The notes below the pieces were generated by a model. That model was given only the letters and a program-made list of their open reading frames with translations, did no database searches and had not been told where the DNA came from. This document shows positions 13,690-28,400 of a stretch of DNA of 64,000 nucleotides, piece by piece (position 1 is the stretch's first letter; each line of letters opens with the position of its first letter). The DNA comes from Chara braunii (Eukaryota > Plantae > Charophyceae), in the NCBI GenBank assembly GCA_003427395.1, contig BFEA01000036.1:1020755-1084754 (forward strand), given 5' to 3'. The translations under genes were made by a program, and so were the position numbers.

Positions 13690-16086
13690 CTGATTGTACA
13701 AACGTCAATAAAACATTCGCTTTCGTCAAATACAGCTCATGCATTCCAGGAACTCGTGTCAACAAGCATTTTGCCCCACTGTCAGCCAAAGCACCTACTA
13801 ACATCTTCACCCAAATACAACCCACGGTCATTACGCCCGGTCATTGTAGACTGAGTTGCTAAAAATTCGGTTATAATAACCAGCCATTTACTCCCTCCCA
13901 ACCAGTGTAGCCAATACACCTCCACAGCATCAACATCTTCGGGCATGCTTTAAAAACTCCGTCACAACATCAACATCTCCAGGCGTTCTATTTGTGACAC
14001 GCTTCAAGCACATTCATTTTCAAATACGCACCATTCTTTTTTTTAATTTGGCAGTGTCTAGCATAATCACGTGTCTGGGTGACTGCCAATCAACATCCTA
14101 AAGAATGTACAATGCCAATACACACGCCAATACACACGGACTGAAGGCCAACCTCGAGCCAGTTCGTTCCCAGAAATAAACGTACAGGGCACATTTCTGC
14201 TGTGGCCAGCATAATCGCCAGCGCATGGCACAATCCGGCCGAAAAAAAATGGAAAACACATCAAATGTACATATACAAGATGGTGACGCTTCAACTTCTA
14301 CGAAAAAACGATCAGCAGATGACCGGGACCCTCGCGCAGCAAAAATTCGGACGGCCCCGATTGTCCGCTTGTAACAGTCAGGAACTTAGCGATAGATATA
14401 TATGTAGAGACGACTGGTGATCGAGAACACAAGCGATGATCCTTCACAAGCCACTTTCCAAACCAGCCTTCCACAATTTGCTGCCGACACAAAATTGGAC
14501 GTCGGCAACAGGCCCAGAGAGAACATACAATAAACACTCTGCTGCTGTCTTTCCCGTAACACAATGCGCACTCCTCAAAACCATATCAGATCAGCTAATA
14601 CCATACTTACAACCGCACGAGCCGCACATTCGTGTGGAGTTCCGTGCGGGGGGCGCCTATGCAGAATCCTGCAGGTTTTCTATTTTTTATTATCATTATT
14701 TTATCTTTTTTTGGGAGGGGGAACAGGGGGCATATGACAGGAAGACGGAGATATGGCAAGGAGAGGGGGATATGGAGAGGAGGAAGAGGATGTGGACGAG
14801 GACAACGAGGAGGAGTCGAGAGAAGGAGAAGAGATGGACGGAGGGAAAAGAAGAAGGGCAGGAGGAGGAGGACGAGTGGGAGGAGGAGACATCGACGGCG
14901 AGGAAGGGGAGGACACGAGGAAGGGAAGGAGACGAGGAGGCATGGAAGACGAGCAAGTACGAGGAGGAGGAGACAAGGAGGATGGAGGAAGGGAAGGAGG
15001 AGGAGACGAGAAGGAGAAGGGAGGAGAAATGGAGGGTGAGGAAGGGGAGGAGGAGCAAGGCGAGGCAGTACTCCTGTAATTTTTTTTTCATCTCGCTTAT
15101 AATTTTGGCGGGGGCCCTCAAACGCACCGTTTCGACCCCGCCTTTTTTTTCTGAGGGTGGTGACGGGTCGTTCTCCGCACACGTCATGCGCCGCACGGGA
15201 TCGGCTGGCCGAGTGCTCAGCACGTAGGGAAACGCCCGCACGACGTGCGCTTGCATGTATGGCTAATACTGAGATACATGATCGGTTTTGTACATTCATT
15301 ACTAGGGTACATTGTGTTCGGGGAAGACGGTACGCATGGCATCATGGACTGCACAGACTCAGCATTGCATGCATTTGAAGATCCTCGAGCATGGCCGTTA
15401 ACAAATCACTCACGCAGAAGAAAAGTGTCAAGGTGAAAAGTAGGGAAGGAAAGGTCGGCAAGGGGGAACCCATTTTCTACCATTCCCTCCAATTCAAGCA
15501 CCACACCCATTAACTGAATTCCCTCATGAAAGTCCACAAACATCAACATATTCTTCGAGTCCTACTGTGACATGGGTTCAGCAACGGGCAAGAGGCAGCT
15601 CCTCTTATATACCATTCCCACTATTTCAATCAAGGACACGAGAGCCTCCTTCGTGAAAGAGTGCCATACTCAGACTCTATTGCAGCATCCTTACGCAGAC
15701 AACTCCACTAAAAGAAGCCACGAATAATTCCACACTGTGACAAGGCAACAGATAGATAGTACACACATCGTAGTACACACATCGTTCGTTTTTGTCTGTT
15801 TCAAACAAGGGATTATCAGCTGGCTAATTACAGAGCATTTTTAAGAGTAAGTTACGAATGGCTGCCCATTTCCAGACACATTGCATCACAATGGGAAGCC
15901 GACTCGGAATGCAATGACATTGAAAAAAGATCCGTGAGGGCGAAACACGTACTCTGCCTTCTTGATCATGTGTACAGGAATCCGATCCAGCACCCTTTCC
16001 ATCATGGCAAGATGTTCAAGATTCTCATGTGTCTGGAACAGAGCATCACCCTGAAATCACAGCGAGATCAGCAAAAGCCATCAGGC

Positions 16087-16124
<38 letters not shown>

Positions 16125-19100
16125 GCAGCTTAGTCACATCTACCTCCGAGCCTCTCTTTGCCAATGGTGAAAAGACATGCGCACCGAGCTCATACAACAA
16201 AGCGCCAGCGCAATGCCTGGCGCCGACAGCCATTGTGGTACGGTAGCCCCGAGCTGACGCGCAGCACACACACACACAGACAGCAGCTTAGTCACATCTA
16301 CCTCCGAGCCTCTCTTTGCCAATGGGGAAAAGACATGCGCACCAAACTCGTACAACAAAGCGCCAGCACAATGCCTGGCAGCCCCGAGGCTCCAAAATTT
16401 TAGGAGTGAGCCATTGGTTCTGAAGTTGGCTGGTACTGTGTACTTGTTACTGTTTAAACCGCTAATACACGGCCCCAGTCTTGCAGAAAGTTTTTTGTCG
16501 CCACATACGTATGAAACAAATCAACACAGCTTCAATCAATGAAAATTTTCACTGCTCAAGAAACCGCAAAAAAAAACGTTAATAAACATCACAATCATCA
16601 TACAAAATATTATACATGATCGTTTCACTGTCCCACTGACGTGTCAGGATAAAACGATTTATATCCAATCGCAATCCCTGGGCTTCTCTTTCGTCTTTCC
16701 ATGGACTATCTGCATCCTTTTTCCTTTTTGAGCTATTTGCATCCTCATATCAGCGAGCTGTTGAAAACGGAAATAGAAGATAAATTTCTAGTAACTTTCT
16801 ACGCTTATTAGGGCAGCAAAAGGAAAGGACCAACATGGTCCGGCGAGTTGCTATGGCAATGAAGATGTGAAGTATCAGCCATCCAGGAAAATTGCATTGG
16901 AGAAATTACCGTAACCAGCTCCACCAAAATACACCCGACACTCCAGAGATCACATGGGTATGTCCACCCCAATCCTGCAACAAAACAATTCAGAAAGGCA
17001 GGAAAAACAATATGAAGGGTTACAGGCACGCCCCTTCCCCCCCCCCCCCCCCGCACGATAAGAAATGCAGACAGGTACACAGGCAGCACAACCAGTTCAA
17101 CCTAAACAATGCCTCGACACGACAATCAATTCAGCGACTACCACCATTTCAGGACCTTCACAATATCCCTAACAAGACAGACCCCACCTTGCTTGAAGAA
17201 GCCATGCATAAGTCCCTCCACACAAAATTGAAAAGACTTGTCTGCACTGACATATTACCTTACATAAGGCCCTGGACTTGGGTACATTTCACTTATCAAA
17301 CCAGTAAATACAGGGTTCACCCATCCACAACGTCATCAACACACTGGCCTGGTAATGACCACCGCGCTTATACAAACAGGATTTCCCCATCTACAACGTG
17401 GTCAACGCACTTACACGTCACTACCCACCCAGAAAATAAATCCATGGTCGACAAGTGCAGAGCTGCACACACATGCATCCTAATTGAATAACAGACTTGT
17501 CACACATGAACAAGCAACTGAAAATTCTTTGAAAGAATAACGCTCAGGCTACGCACAGGATAAGCTCAAACCACACGAAAACGACAACACACTTGAAGGT
17601 TTCACAAATGCTGCCGCAGAACGGGCAAGAGCTGGATACAAAATCATCATCATCGTAACAAAACGATGAATGGAATCAATCCAGTAAGATGGACCAGGAC
17701 CAATCATCCACGCAGCTACTTACCTAGGATAACCTCGGGCGCCCTGTAGTGCCGTGTGGAGACTACCGAGCAATGGTAATGGCTGTCAAACGTTGCGCTT
17801 CCAAAGTCTATCAATTTGATTTCACTGGAGAGTGGCACACGGCGAAAGTGCTTTCCAGGTTGTGATGCCTGCTCCAACAACAGAGAGAAGGGCAGACCAT
17901 CAGGCAACAACGGGCCAACAAGGGTCAAAAGTGCAATGAATGGGAAAACGGGCCAACAACGACTTGCAAAGACACCCAAAAAACATCCACATGCTCCAGC
18001 TCACAACCCAAACAGCATGTTCATCACCAACCGCACCCACACTCTGCAATGCAAACCCACATCTTTCATTGGTTTTTCCCTTAACACAGAGCAGTCCACC
18101 GAGACGCATAACAAACCATCTTTCGAACACTATACTTCAAACCTCCATTAACAGCGCCCGGACTCCAAAAGCAAGACCCGACAATACGATCCTCGCCATG
18201 TCCGCACAAGGGAAAAAGGCATTTCCTTACTCGTACAAGAAAAATGGAAGAAAACGTTGCAGATCAAAACACACGCATGTGATCTCTATCCTGCAAACAA
18301 AGTATTTCCACCCGAAAAGCTGAAGGCGGACAACATGGAAGCACTTCTCATCATTCACGACACCGCTGATGTACCCTAGGAACAACATGAATCTCCTTCA
18401 GAGTGAGCAAATTCCTGCCAAAAAAGGCACAAGTAACCTGTGAAAAGTGCAAGATGAGCTAAATACATAATACTATGATAATAGTATAATAATACCTCCC
18501 ATAGACAAAACATATAGTCGAAACATAGTCCAAGCAAAACGACTCAAATCTTTGCACAAGTGATAGAGCATCATATATCACCAACCCCAGTTCAGGTACA
18601 CACTAGCAATGATCACACCATTTCCTCAAACATTCCCTTTCCATCGGAGCGATGCTTGTTCCTGCTGCTTTTAGCAAACCATTCCGTAAAGGCGGATTCA
18701 ACGCATTTCAGAACAAATGCTAAGCAAAGAGACCAAATCAGGCAAAGTACACACCTTCGGTTCTGGGTACTTGGCATACTCTGACGATACGAGGAGAATG
18801 TTCTCCGGCTTCAGATCGGTGTGAATAAGAGAGAGGTCATGCATAACTGCAGTGAACAAGACACAAGTTAATCGAGGCCAATTCAAAATCATTCAGACAG
18901 GACAACCAAGAATACTTGACACCAAAGTACAGGCTATCGGACTCGACATTCCACCGTTTCACATTCGGCAAACCCAATGAATTCCATCAACACAAATGTA
19001 CAAGCACCTTCACATTTTAACTGTTCAGCTATTTAAAAGGTCAGCCATTTTCTTTGATTCTAAGATTACGCCAACACTGAAGTCACCAACCTAACTGAGG

Positions 19101-22100
19101 GGGCTTTGGGCAGAGCGCCCAAGAAGGAGATGAATCCAACCATGCAAAGGGTAGGATTAGAGAATCTGAACACCCGCAGCAGAGCAACCACTGGAGACTA
19201 TTTTTCCACAGAAAAAATGAATCGTAAACAAAACCTACACAATATGTGGAGTGTCCTCTATGCATCCTTCCAATTTTGACAGATGTCCCCCGAAGGGGAA
19301 AGAAAGGGCTAACCAACTGGCCCGGCTCACTTGGTACACCACCGAACTGTCAAAATACTGGCACGAGTTCAAACTCCACTGGGAAAACAAAAAATTACCG
19401 TCTTCACCCAAATAGAACACTCGGTCAATATAGCTGCATTTGGCACAACTTTCAGTCCAGATGCAGCAATAATGAGCGGGCGGTTTATTCGGGTTAAAAC
19501 AATAGTAAAGGGCAAACTGGGATGCAGTCACCAGTTTCAGTTTGGAAATGTGTTTCAGTCACGATTTCGCAAATGATGACCGAAGCAAGGAAAATCGTGA
19601 ATGTATACAACCTCGCTTTAGGGTCGGGTGGGGATGTGTTGTATTCAAAGGATGCCTGAGGTGCATTTTAAAACTGAAATCGGTAGTGCACCCTGATTAC
19701 ACGAGCAAAATTCTACAACTCGGAATACATAGCGCGCAGGTCAGTTGCATGATTATATCTCGAGGCAGTAGCCTTTATGAAGAAAAAGGAAAGAAAATAG
19801 AAAACAAGCAAAGTGCATCTCAAAAGGAACCATGTCTCGGCAATTTTCTATCCAGATTCATTGCAAGCAACTTCATGAAAGAACGCTCGACTATCACACA
19901 AACAGTAAGGAGCTCTTAAACCACCAGTACTTGCCCCAGCTATCGGCCGCAAAAAAAAAAAAGAGTAGAAACGCTTTTCTAGTCGGATGAATTTGGGCAC
20001 TCCTGTAGTTGCCCGTACGTTTCCTAAAACGTGGCGCATTAGCGGGCACGACTCTAAGAAGTACTGCAGTGGATTAAACATAACAAGGCAAGAAGCAAAA
20101 TCGGCAACGCACAACGACACCAGCATCGACAGATTCGACTACCACCAGCACCAACAGATTCTTCAACCTCAGCACCAGGAATGCTAAGAACATACAAGAA
20201 GAAGACAAAGAAAGAAAAAGGTAAATCTCATCGCAAACAGCCACCCACAAGTGCAAGGACCCAAAACTGAACAACCCATTCACTACACTCACACAACCAT
20301 CATGGGGTCGGAAATGAGGCACCCAACTGCCATATCTCTTTGGGTGAATGAAAAGCAGGCGCACTTACACGCAACGGCCTCCAGAAGTTGAACACCAAAG
20401 TCACGGACAAGATCAATAGCGAACGGCCGATAGTTATTCTTTCTCAGAAAATCATACAAACTCGGACCGAGCCGTTCGAAGACCTGCCACATAGCCAGTC
20501 AGCAAATACAACATGAGACAAACCATCATAAGACACCTCGAATCTCCCTACAGGGGAAACATGGCGCCAAAATCTAGGCCCCTAACCTGCAATTTGCACT
20601 TGACAAAACCCATACAGGGGAAACACGGCGCCAAGATCGATCCAACTTCTCTCAAAAACATAGACAGGGTTCCATGGGCCATTGTTGAAAACAACCCTCA
20701 GTGAGACATATGATTCCCATACAAATGGATTTTCACAAAAGTTCACGGCAGAGAACCCCTACGTTTTGCTGCAGAAACAGAAAAAAAGGGAAGTTAGCAT
20801 ACCCCAAAAAAACACGTCACAAACATATTACCCATTTTAAAAGCACACCACGCTATAGCAACTATTTCTCAGTAATCATCTGCGTCTTCTACTTCATCAT
20901 TCACATTGCTTCCCTGGGGTCCCAAAGAAGTCTTCTTCTTAAACGACAGAGGCATTCACATTGTCTCCCTGGGCCCCCAAAGAATTCTTATTACATGACA
21001 TATCCAAATGTTCAAACCGTCCACCCCTTCCTATGAGAGATCACAAGTCTGAGGTGTCCTGATGACTGAGCAATTCGTTGCTGCACCTAACAAAGCATCC
21101 ACAATTCATTTCCAACAACTACAAGTCGAATTCAACACCCGCCCCCCCCTCTCCTCTTTCACCCCTCCATGACTTGATACTTCATGCCTTGCCATGCACT
21201 CGACGGCTCTTCAGCGAGCCTTAAAGAACGGACTGCCATGGGCACACCATGTACATTGTCCACATGAGATTTGCCCTCCTCTCCCTCATTTTCGAGATAG
21301 AGTCATCATTGGGCATGCCACAATCTAAGGAATCATGCATTACCCAGCAGAGGCAAGCGTCTACACCGCTGCCACCTCTCAGAGAGAGAATTTTTTCAGA
21401 CTGAAAAAGAAGATAATCCAAAAGCCATGCCCCTTTTACTCGAAGCAAGACTTGTCTCTTCATCGTTCACCAAATACTTTCACCAACCCGGAAGCACAGA
21501 TGTACGCGCGAACGGACACTTTGTTATACTTCCTGCCTGCCATTGAAACTCCGTGGCAAGGTCCAAATCGGCAGATACTGCCGTATGGGAGCTGACTATC
21601 CATCTATTGATATTCATTTGCGGGACAGGTGACTTGACAACAACTCACAATGAGAACCCCCATTAAAAAGTTCCCTAACACCAAACCCCTTCTTCACTTC
21701 AAAAGTAAGCTACGTGCACAAAGATTGGAAAAGCAGCATATTGTATACGTTGTTTAAGTTCATGACCGAGGCTCCACAAAGACTCGCCCTACGGCATTCA
21801 GGCGTAAGTCATAAGGCTGAAGGCTGGAATCTCCAAAAGACAAGGCTGCCAAATGGCTAACATCCATAGTCAGAGAGACCAAAAGAAGGAATAACACAGT
21901 ACGACAAATCGAATCTGCATTGACAGCATACCAGAAACTCAGGGGAACTCGACTGCTGTAAAATCAATTCACAATGGTAAAGCCAAACTGGGAGGCCTAA
22001 GATTTTCTGTTGCAGCTCCACCAGCGAAAGGCATGGAATTTTTGCAAACAACAGCAAAGATCACGAGGGGTGTGGCGACCTAAGTGCAGTTGGTTAGCAA

Positions 22101-22271
22101 CTGGCCTGTTCTTTGTGAAATGAATTCACATTAATTACCTTGCCAGCACATCCCACCCTTAGTGCGTAAGGAGGTATCACGCAATCCTTCAAACGGACGG
22201 GGCTTTCTTTCCACATTATTTTTCCTTCGTTTGGGTTCAACGATAACAGCAAGTCAGTCCAACCAAACCGG

Positions 22272-22309
<38 letters not shown>

Positions 22310-22421
22310 GACACACCACTATCCTTTTGACACTTTAAACTTGAACAGCGGGCTCTCTTTCCATGTTACTTTTCCTTTGTTTGGGTTCAACGATAACAGC
22401 AAGTCCGTCCAACCAAACCCG

Positions 22422-22471
<50 letters not shown>

Positions 22472-25400
22472 ACTATCCTTTTGACACTTCACACTTGAAC
22501 AGGCGGGAACTTGAACAGGCAGAAACCTGAAAACTGTGGTTCTCTTCTCTACCAGAAACCATAAACCATCTCATCTTCTAGTCCAAAAACAATCAACCTT
22601 CTCAACCCAAAAAGCTGAGAGAAGCGAAGTGTAACAAGCGAAGTGTAACACGTACCATGCAGACATGATTGCGGTAGTCGAACCAATGCTTCAGCTGCAC
22701 GCAACCCCTGCAATAACCGAAAACAATCGGTCAACCGTCAGAAAGGGGTAACATCATCACAATCGGAGGAGAAAAAAGAGGAAAACCATGCATTTCTCAG
22801 TTCGCACAAAGCACACATATATATATATATAGATAGATTGACAGGTGTGAAAGCATTTGAGAGGGGGATAATGGGTAGACCAGCGGGAGACCTTTCTAGA
22901 GAGTGCCATCGCCCATACAAATAGAGAGGTCAGGAAGAGAGAGACCATGAACGTGAGAATAGCTGTGTGAGGAGGAGGAGGAGGAGGAGAAGGTGGAGGA
23001 AATGAATTGCAACGAAAGGGTACACAATCACAGAAGACCTAACTGTGAGAACAACAGTCACACGAGGGGAATATTAACGATAAAAATAAAACATCCGCCA
23101 GCCAAGAGCCAACGGGGTCCAGGAAATGTGGCCTGCTTCCGGTGCCAAAGAGGGAAACAGGCAGGAAGCTACGATCACAGTAGAGTATATAGGTAGGTAG
23201 ATCAGTCTATTCAGAGAAGTTTCTCTAGGAAACAGATCAGAAGACGAGCACCAGCTCAGCTCAGGACAAGCAATGGGAACAAGGTTTGAGCATTTACATA
23301 CAACTATAACTATCTATCTATATATATATCGTCATATATATGTTCAGCATTCATTGACAATCATATCAAGAAAGCAACCATGCAGAGACGGGCCATATCT
23401 CAGCCACTACTGGGCTAATCAAGCCATGCCATGCCAATCAAAGTTGTGTATCAGGGGGCTAAAAGAAGATGCCTGCTATTAACGGACCGTGAACCCGTCT
23501 TGTCATGTTTGGCAAGCGTGTGGAGCACATCTATTTCAATCATGGCAGCGTCCCGATACTTCGGCACATTCCTGATCACTTTGACGGCCACAAACTCCTG
23601 CTTTTCGCGATCCCAGCATTCCAATACACGCCCAAACGTTCCTGCAAGATCCCGACGTGCCCCCACCATATGACAAACAAATACTACCAGCCACCAAAGC
23701 GAGACAGAAAGCGACCAAGGCAAATCGACTAGATGCACCAGGACACAAACAACAAGGAGTTCGAGAGAGAGAGAGAGAGAGAGAGAAAGCAGCAGCAGCA
23801 GATGGATACAGATTACACAAAGAGGGGAAAAGAAAAGGGGGGGGGGGGGGCCGGGGGAGGATGTGCTCATGGGACTGACAGAAAATGCCCTACCGTCTTC
23901 AACCGGATAGATCGCCCAGGCATTATCGCTGTATCTAGTCTGACAGTCACAGGCATACTGACCGGGCGTTCTATTCGAGTGAAAAAGGCAGGGCAAAAAC
24001 GGGGGAGAGAATGTGACTGCAAACAGAAAAGAAAAGACACAGCAGCAAGCAAAATATCGTCTCGACCGTCGTCTTGCAACTTGTTCAACGTTCTTGAGAG
24101 GCCAATCAAGCACCATCTCATTTAAGCCCACACCCGCAAACAAAAACTTAAAGAAAGAAAACAATATAAGGAAAATTAATTGAACAGAAGAACAAAAAAA
24201 AAAGAACGCGAAGCAGACAGAACCCTCTCTCTGGCCACGCAATTTTCCCGAAAACAACCAAACGCAGTATACCCGTCTTCCTCCATCCACACATGTCCTC
24301 GTCTTGTTCGTCCTACCCTTCTTACCAACCATTCTCATAAAGCATTTAGTGATTCAAAGTTCACTCGTTTCATTGAAGAGAGCTGTCTATTTCTACATCA
24401 TTCTACGGACTAGAATGACAGCATTTAGTGATTCAAAGTTCAGTCGTTTCATTGAAGAGAGCTGTCTATTTCTACACCATTCTACGGACTAGAATGAGAG
24501 CACATAGTGATTCAAAGTTCAGTCGTTTACGGACTAGAATGAGAATGAGAATGATTGCAAACTACCGCCATAACGAACCAACGACCAGGGAAAAAAAGAC
24601 AACAAATGTAAATGACCCACCTGAAGTCAATATGACCAAATATGACCACAGAGTTCTTTCTATACAAGACGTGGAGCATAATATCAGACCATTACCGACA
24701 TGTTGCCCTCCACCCACCTACTGCTCTACTGCCAATCCCACAACCGACGACCACACTCGATAATCAAACGTTCAAAAGAAACGAAGCAGAACCGTAGTGC
24801 TCAACACACCCAGAAGTAAATGGAAACGAACAAAACCGTAAAATTGATTGACACACCTAACGAAGCCAACACATGTATGTCTGCACCGACATTTTTTTTA
24901 TTTGGTACGATACCCGGAGTTCCCAGCATATATCCAGCTGCGCGCCTACACCTTATACTGTGTAAGTAGTACCCCAAGATGATGAGGTGCCAAACAACTC
25001 CGTCTTTCTACAAGAAATGCCATACTCAACCCTCCAAGAAGTAAAGGAAAACGAACAAAACCGTCAAATTGATCGACACACCTAAAGAAGCCAACACATG
25101 TGTGTCTGCACCGACATTTTTTTCATTTGGTCCCCAGCACATACCCAGTTTCACGCCTACACCTTATACTGTGTAATTAGTACCCCAAGATGATGAGGTG
25201 CCAAACGACTCCGTCTCGTACCGAAGTTATACTCCCGCACAAGCGCAAAGGAAAATACGTAGACTGAAAAAAAACTGACAATACAGTTCCGATGTCTGAA
25301 AGAACCTGTCTTCCCATTCGCATTTTTCCCCCTTTAAACTTGTAAAGCTCTCAAAACCACCCTCCTTATAACACAGCCTCCCCTCTACAGCCCTGAAAAG

Positions 25401-28400
25401 TGTTGCCTCCTACCGATTTTCTGCCTTTTCATAAACCGAGCAACAGACATTCGGAACCTATCCGCTAGTATGCACGGACGGTACACGACAAACGCTACAC
25501 GACAAAAGCAGCTAAACGACAAAAAGGGTCCCTCCTACTATGTTGTGATCGTACGCACCTTGTTTGTTTGACTGAACAACGAAAGACAAAAACTAGACGG
25601 AAGCTAAACGACAAAAACCTCGTTCTTTCGAGACTTGCGAAAGGCTCCCTCCTGTTATGGTCGTCACCACCTCAGTTGCGCATAACAAGAAATAACTATG
25701 TGCGTATAACGGAGAGACTTCAACAAGGCCATAAAGAGAAACCCTAGCGTTACAGAGAGCGGCCGGCGCTTGCTTGAAGCCAGAAAAGCTGTGCTGGAGG
25801 TACTTAGCCGCAACACAGGAGAGTTGAAAACGGCGGTAGCAGCGAAAGCAATTACGATTCGAGCAACAAGCTTTCTCGTTCCATTTGCTCTGTGCACGGA
25901 GACCATTCAAAATTGAATGGGAATACACGATAGCCACGACAGCGAGAGTATAAACGTAAAGCCAGCTAGACACGACGACGAAAGGGACAATCGCTCGAGA
26001 TAGAAACACAAAAAATGAAATGTACATCGTTCGAAAGAAACACAAAGAAAGAAACGTAATAAAAACTTGGAATATTTGCTCTGTGCACGGAGACCATTCA
26101 AATTGAAAGGAACACACGTGCCACGAGAGAGAAAGTATAAAGGTAAAGCAAGCTAGACACGACGACGAACGGGATAATCGCTCGAGATAGAAAAACAAAA
26201 AATGAAACGTACATCGCTCGAAAGAAACACAAAGAAAGAAAATGTAATAAACTTGGGAATAACACGAAACCACAAAAACGAACACAATCACTAACAGCAA
26301 ACCGAACCCAAGACACATCCGACATGGCGTAAGGCGGAACCCGCGGGCAACTGAATCCAGCAAATCGACGGCACCACCACACCCTGTGTGCGAAATCGTG
26401 CGGCTGGTACCGCCGTATACCGCGACAACCTTCACGCATGCTCATCAACGCGCCCTACCGTCTTCCCCCGAACATAACGCACCCTGAAAATGAACGTATA
26501 CAAGGTATGTTTCCAGTCCGATGCAGTGAAAAAACGAGGGTGCGTTGCGTTCGCAGGAAGACGGTAGCAGTTACAAATGGATGACAACGGGATGGCAGAG
26601 ACTGACCGACAGAGACGGCAGCAGGAATACGGGCCCCCGGACGAGCATCCTAGAACACGACGTAAGCACGCACCATCTGTTAATAGCCGTGCGTGCGACA
26701 CGAAAACATTACAGGACAAGTGGTCCCCACATTCGCCGCAGCGAAGGGAGCCTGCTAAAGGAAGAAAACACGGCATATAAAGTGTGATCAGAGGGGTAGC
26801 AAACAGAACGGACGAACACGTCACCCATAATACTAACCCATGATACCGAACACCAATTGCCGTGAGCAACAAATAGTTCAGATAACCCAGTTACTCCTGG
26901 CGATAAGAATGCCTACAGAACCTAAATAACAACTCGCGGAACAAACACTAAATAAACAGCTCTTTCACAGTCGAAGGCCTGACTTTAGCGAGTCGACGCA
27001 AGAAGAGACGTTGGATCTCGCACTCGACTAATGTACAAGAAAAACCGAGTTTCTGTTTTTCGTCTTGGGACATGGGAGCCTCTATTCTAGCAACTCCCCC
27101 CAGCAGCAGCAGGACGCGGACAGGGGAATCAAGGCACAAGAAATGCTCAGACTATCACCGACGGATGACCAACAAAGCCCGACTCAGGAACCACCTACAC
27201 CACGAGCAAACCCAACGATTCACTAAACCAACGGCTTACAAAAGAAACAGCTCTTCCACAGTACGAGCAGCAGCAGATCGAAATCAGGGGGGAAAAGTCA
27301 GGAGAAACTATCCGACTATCATCAGCGACTAAGGACAAAAAGCCTGCCTCGAAGACAGCGTTACGATTGCAACGGCGAAGACGAGCAGCAGCAACGTAAT
27401 CACCACTGGCGGATGATATACCCCAAACCCACCAATTAAAACAAAAATTGACAAATACCCCACCAATTGAAACAAAAATTGACAAATACCCCAAACCCAC
27501 CAATTCAAACAAAAATGGACAAAGCGCGAAGCATGAAGAATACGTGCATTTCCATACTGTTCCTTCGCAAAAAAGGATTAAGAAACCAAACAAGCAAAAC
27601 TACGTCGTCTGACATGACTCACAGACCGCGTTACAAGGGACATCAGTAAAATAACAAATAAAATACAAGAGACATCAGTAAAATAACAAATAAAATACCG
27701 TCTTTCCAGTCAGGTACAACCATAATGATAGTGCATTGTCTTCTAGGGAAGATGGTAATGGAAAAGGGAGGACCTCTCTCCCTCCCACCCTGCATTATTG
27801 AACTAATGTCCTTGTAGCGCGGTCTGCGAGTCATGTTTAAGGACGTAGTTTTCTTTTCCATTTAGCGGACGTAATTTTGTTCGTTTGGTTTTAATTTTTT
27901 TTACGGGGGCACAGTACGGACCCACCAATCGAACTACCTAGCAGCAACGATCACGTCACGTAAACCACACTTACCATAGATCCCATACGTCTAGACACGC
28001 AAATAACGACAAACTCGCGGTTCCCCAAATACTCTCGACTCTGACAAGTGAATGATATACAAGCTAGTACAGATACTAGGCCAACGATGGACGGGACGTA
28101 ACAATAATGGAAAAGAAATAAACGTAATGGAGAGCACGCGCACGTGTGGCAACACTCAGAAAAGACAATCCACACCATACGATAGCAACGAGGCACACGG
28201 AGGCAATAATTACTATCGAGGCAGAAACAAATACTACGATACTACGATAGCGAAAGCAACGACGAAGTGCCAAACGCAAAACATAGGGAAAAAAGCGCAC
28301 GGTACGGAATCAATCGACCTACCTTCTTCCCCCGAATACACCGTACGGTCATCAAGGCTGCTGCATCTAGACAGAAAGATGCCTCAAATACAGCTGTAAT

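Noticed and set aside
14436-15299. Long ORFs of 186-263 aa on both strands
   Set aside because: Products of a GA-rich low-complexity tract inside kinase intron 10
23451-24338. 295-aa ORF as a standalone gene
   Set aside because: Only 23641-23488 is kinase exon 4; the rest is T-rich intron read-through
25593-26435. 280-aa hydrophobic ORF
   Set aside because: T-rich intronic tandem duplication; no motif
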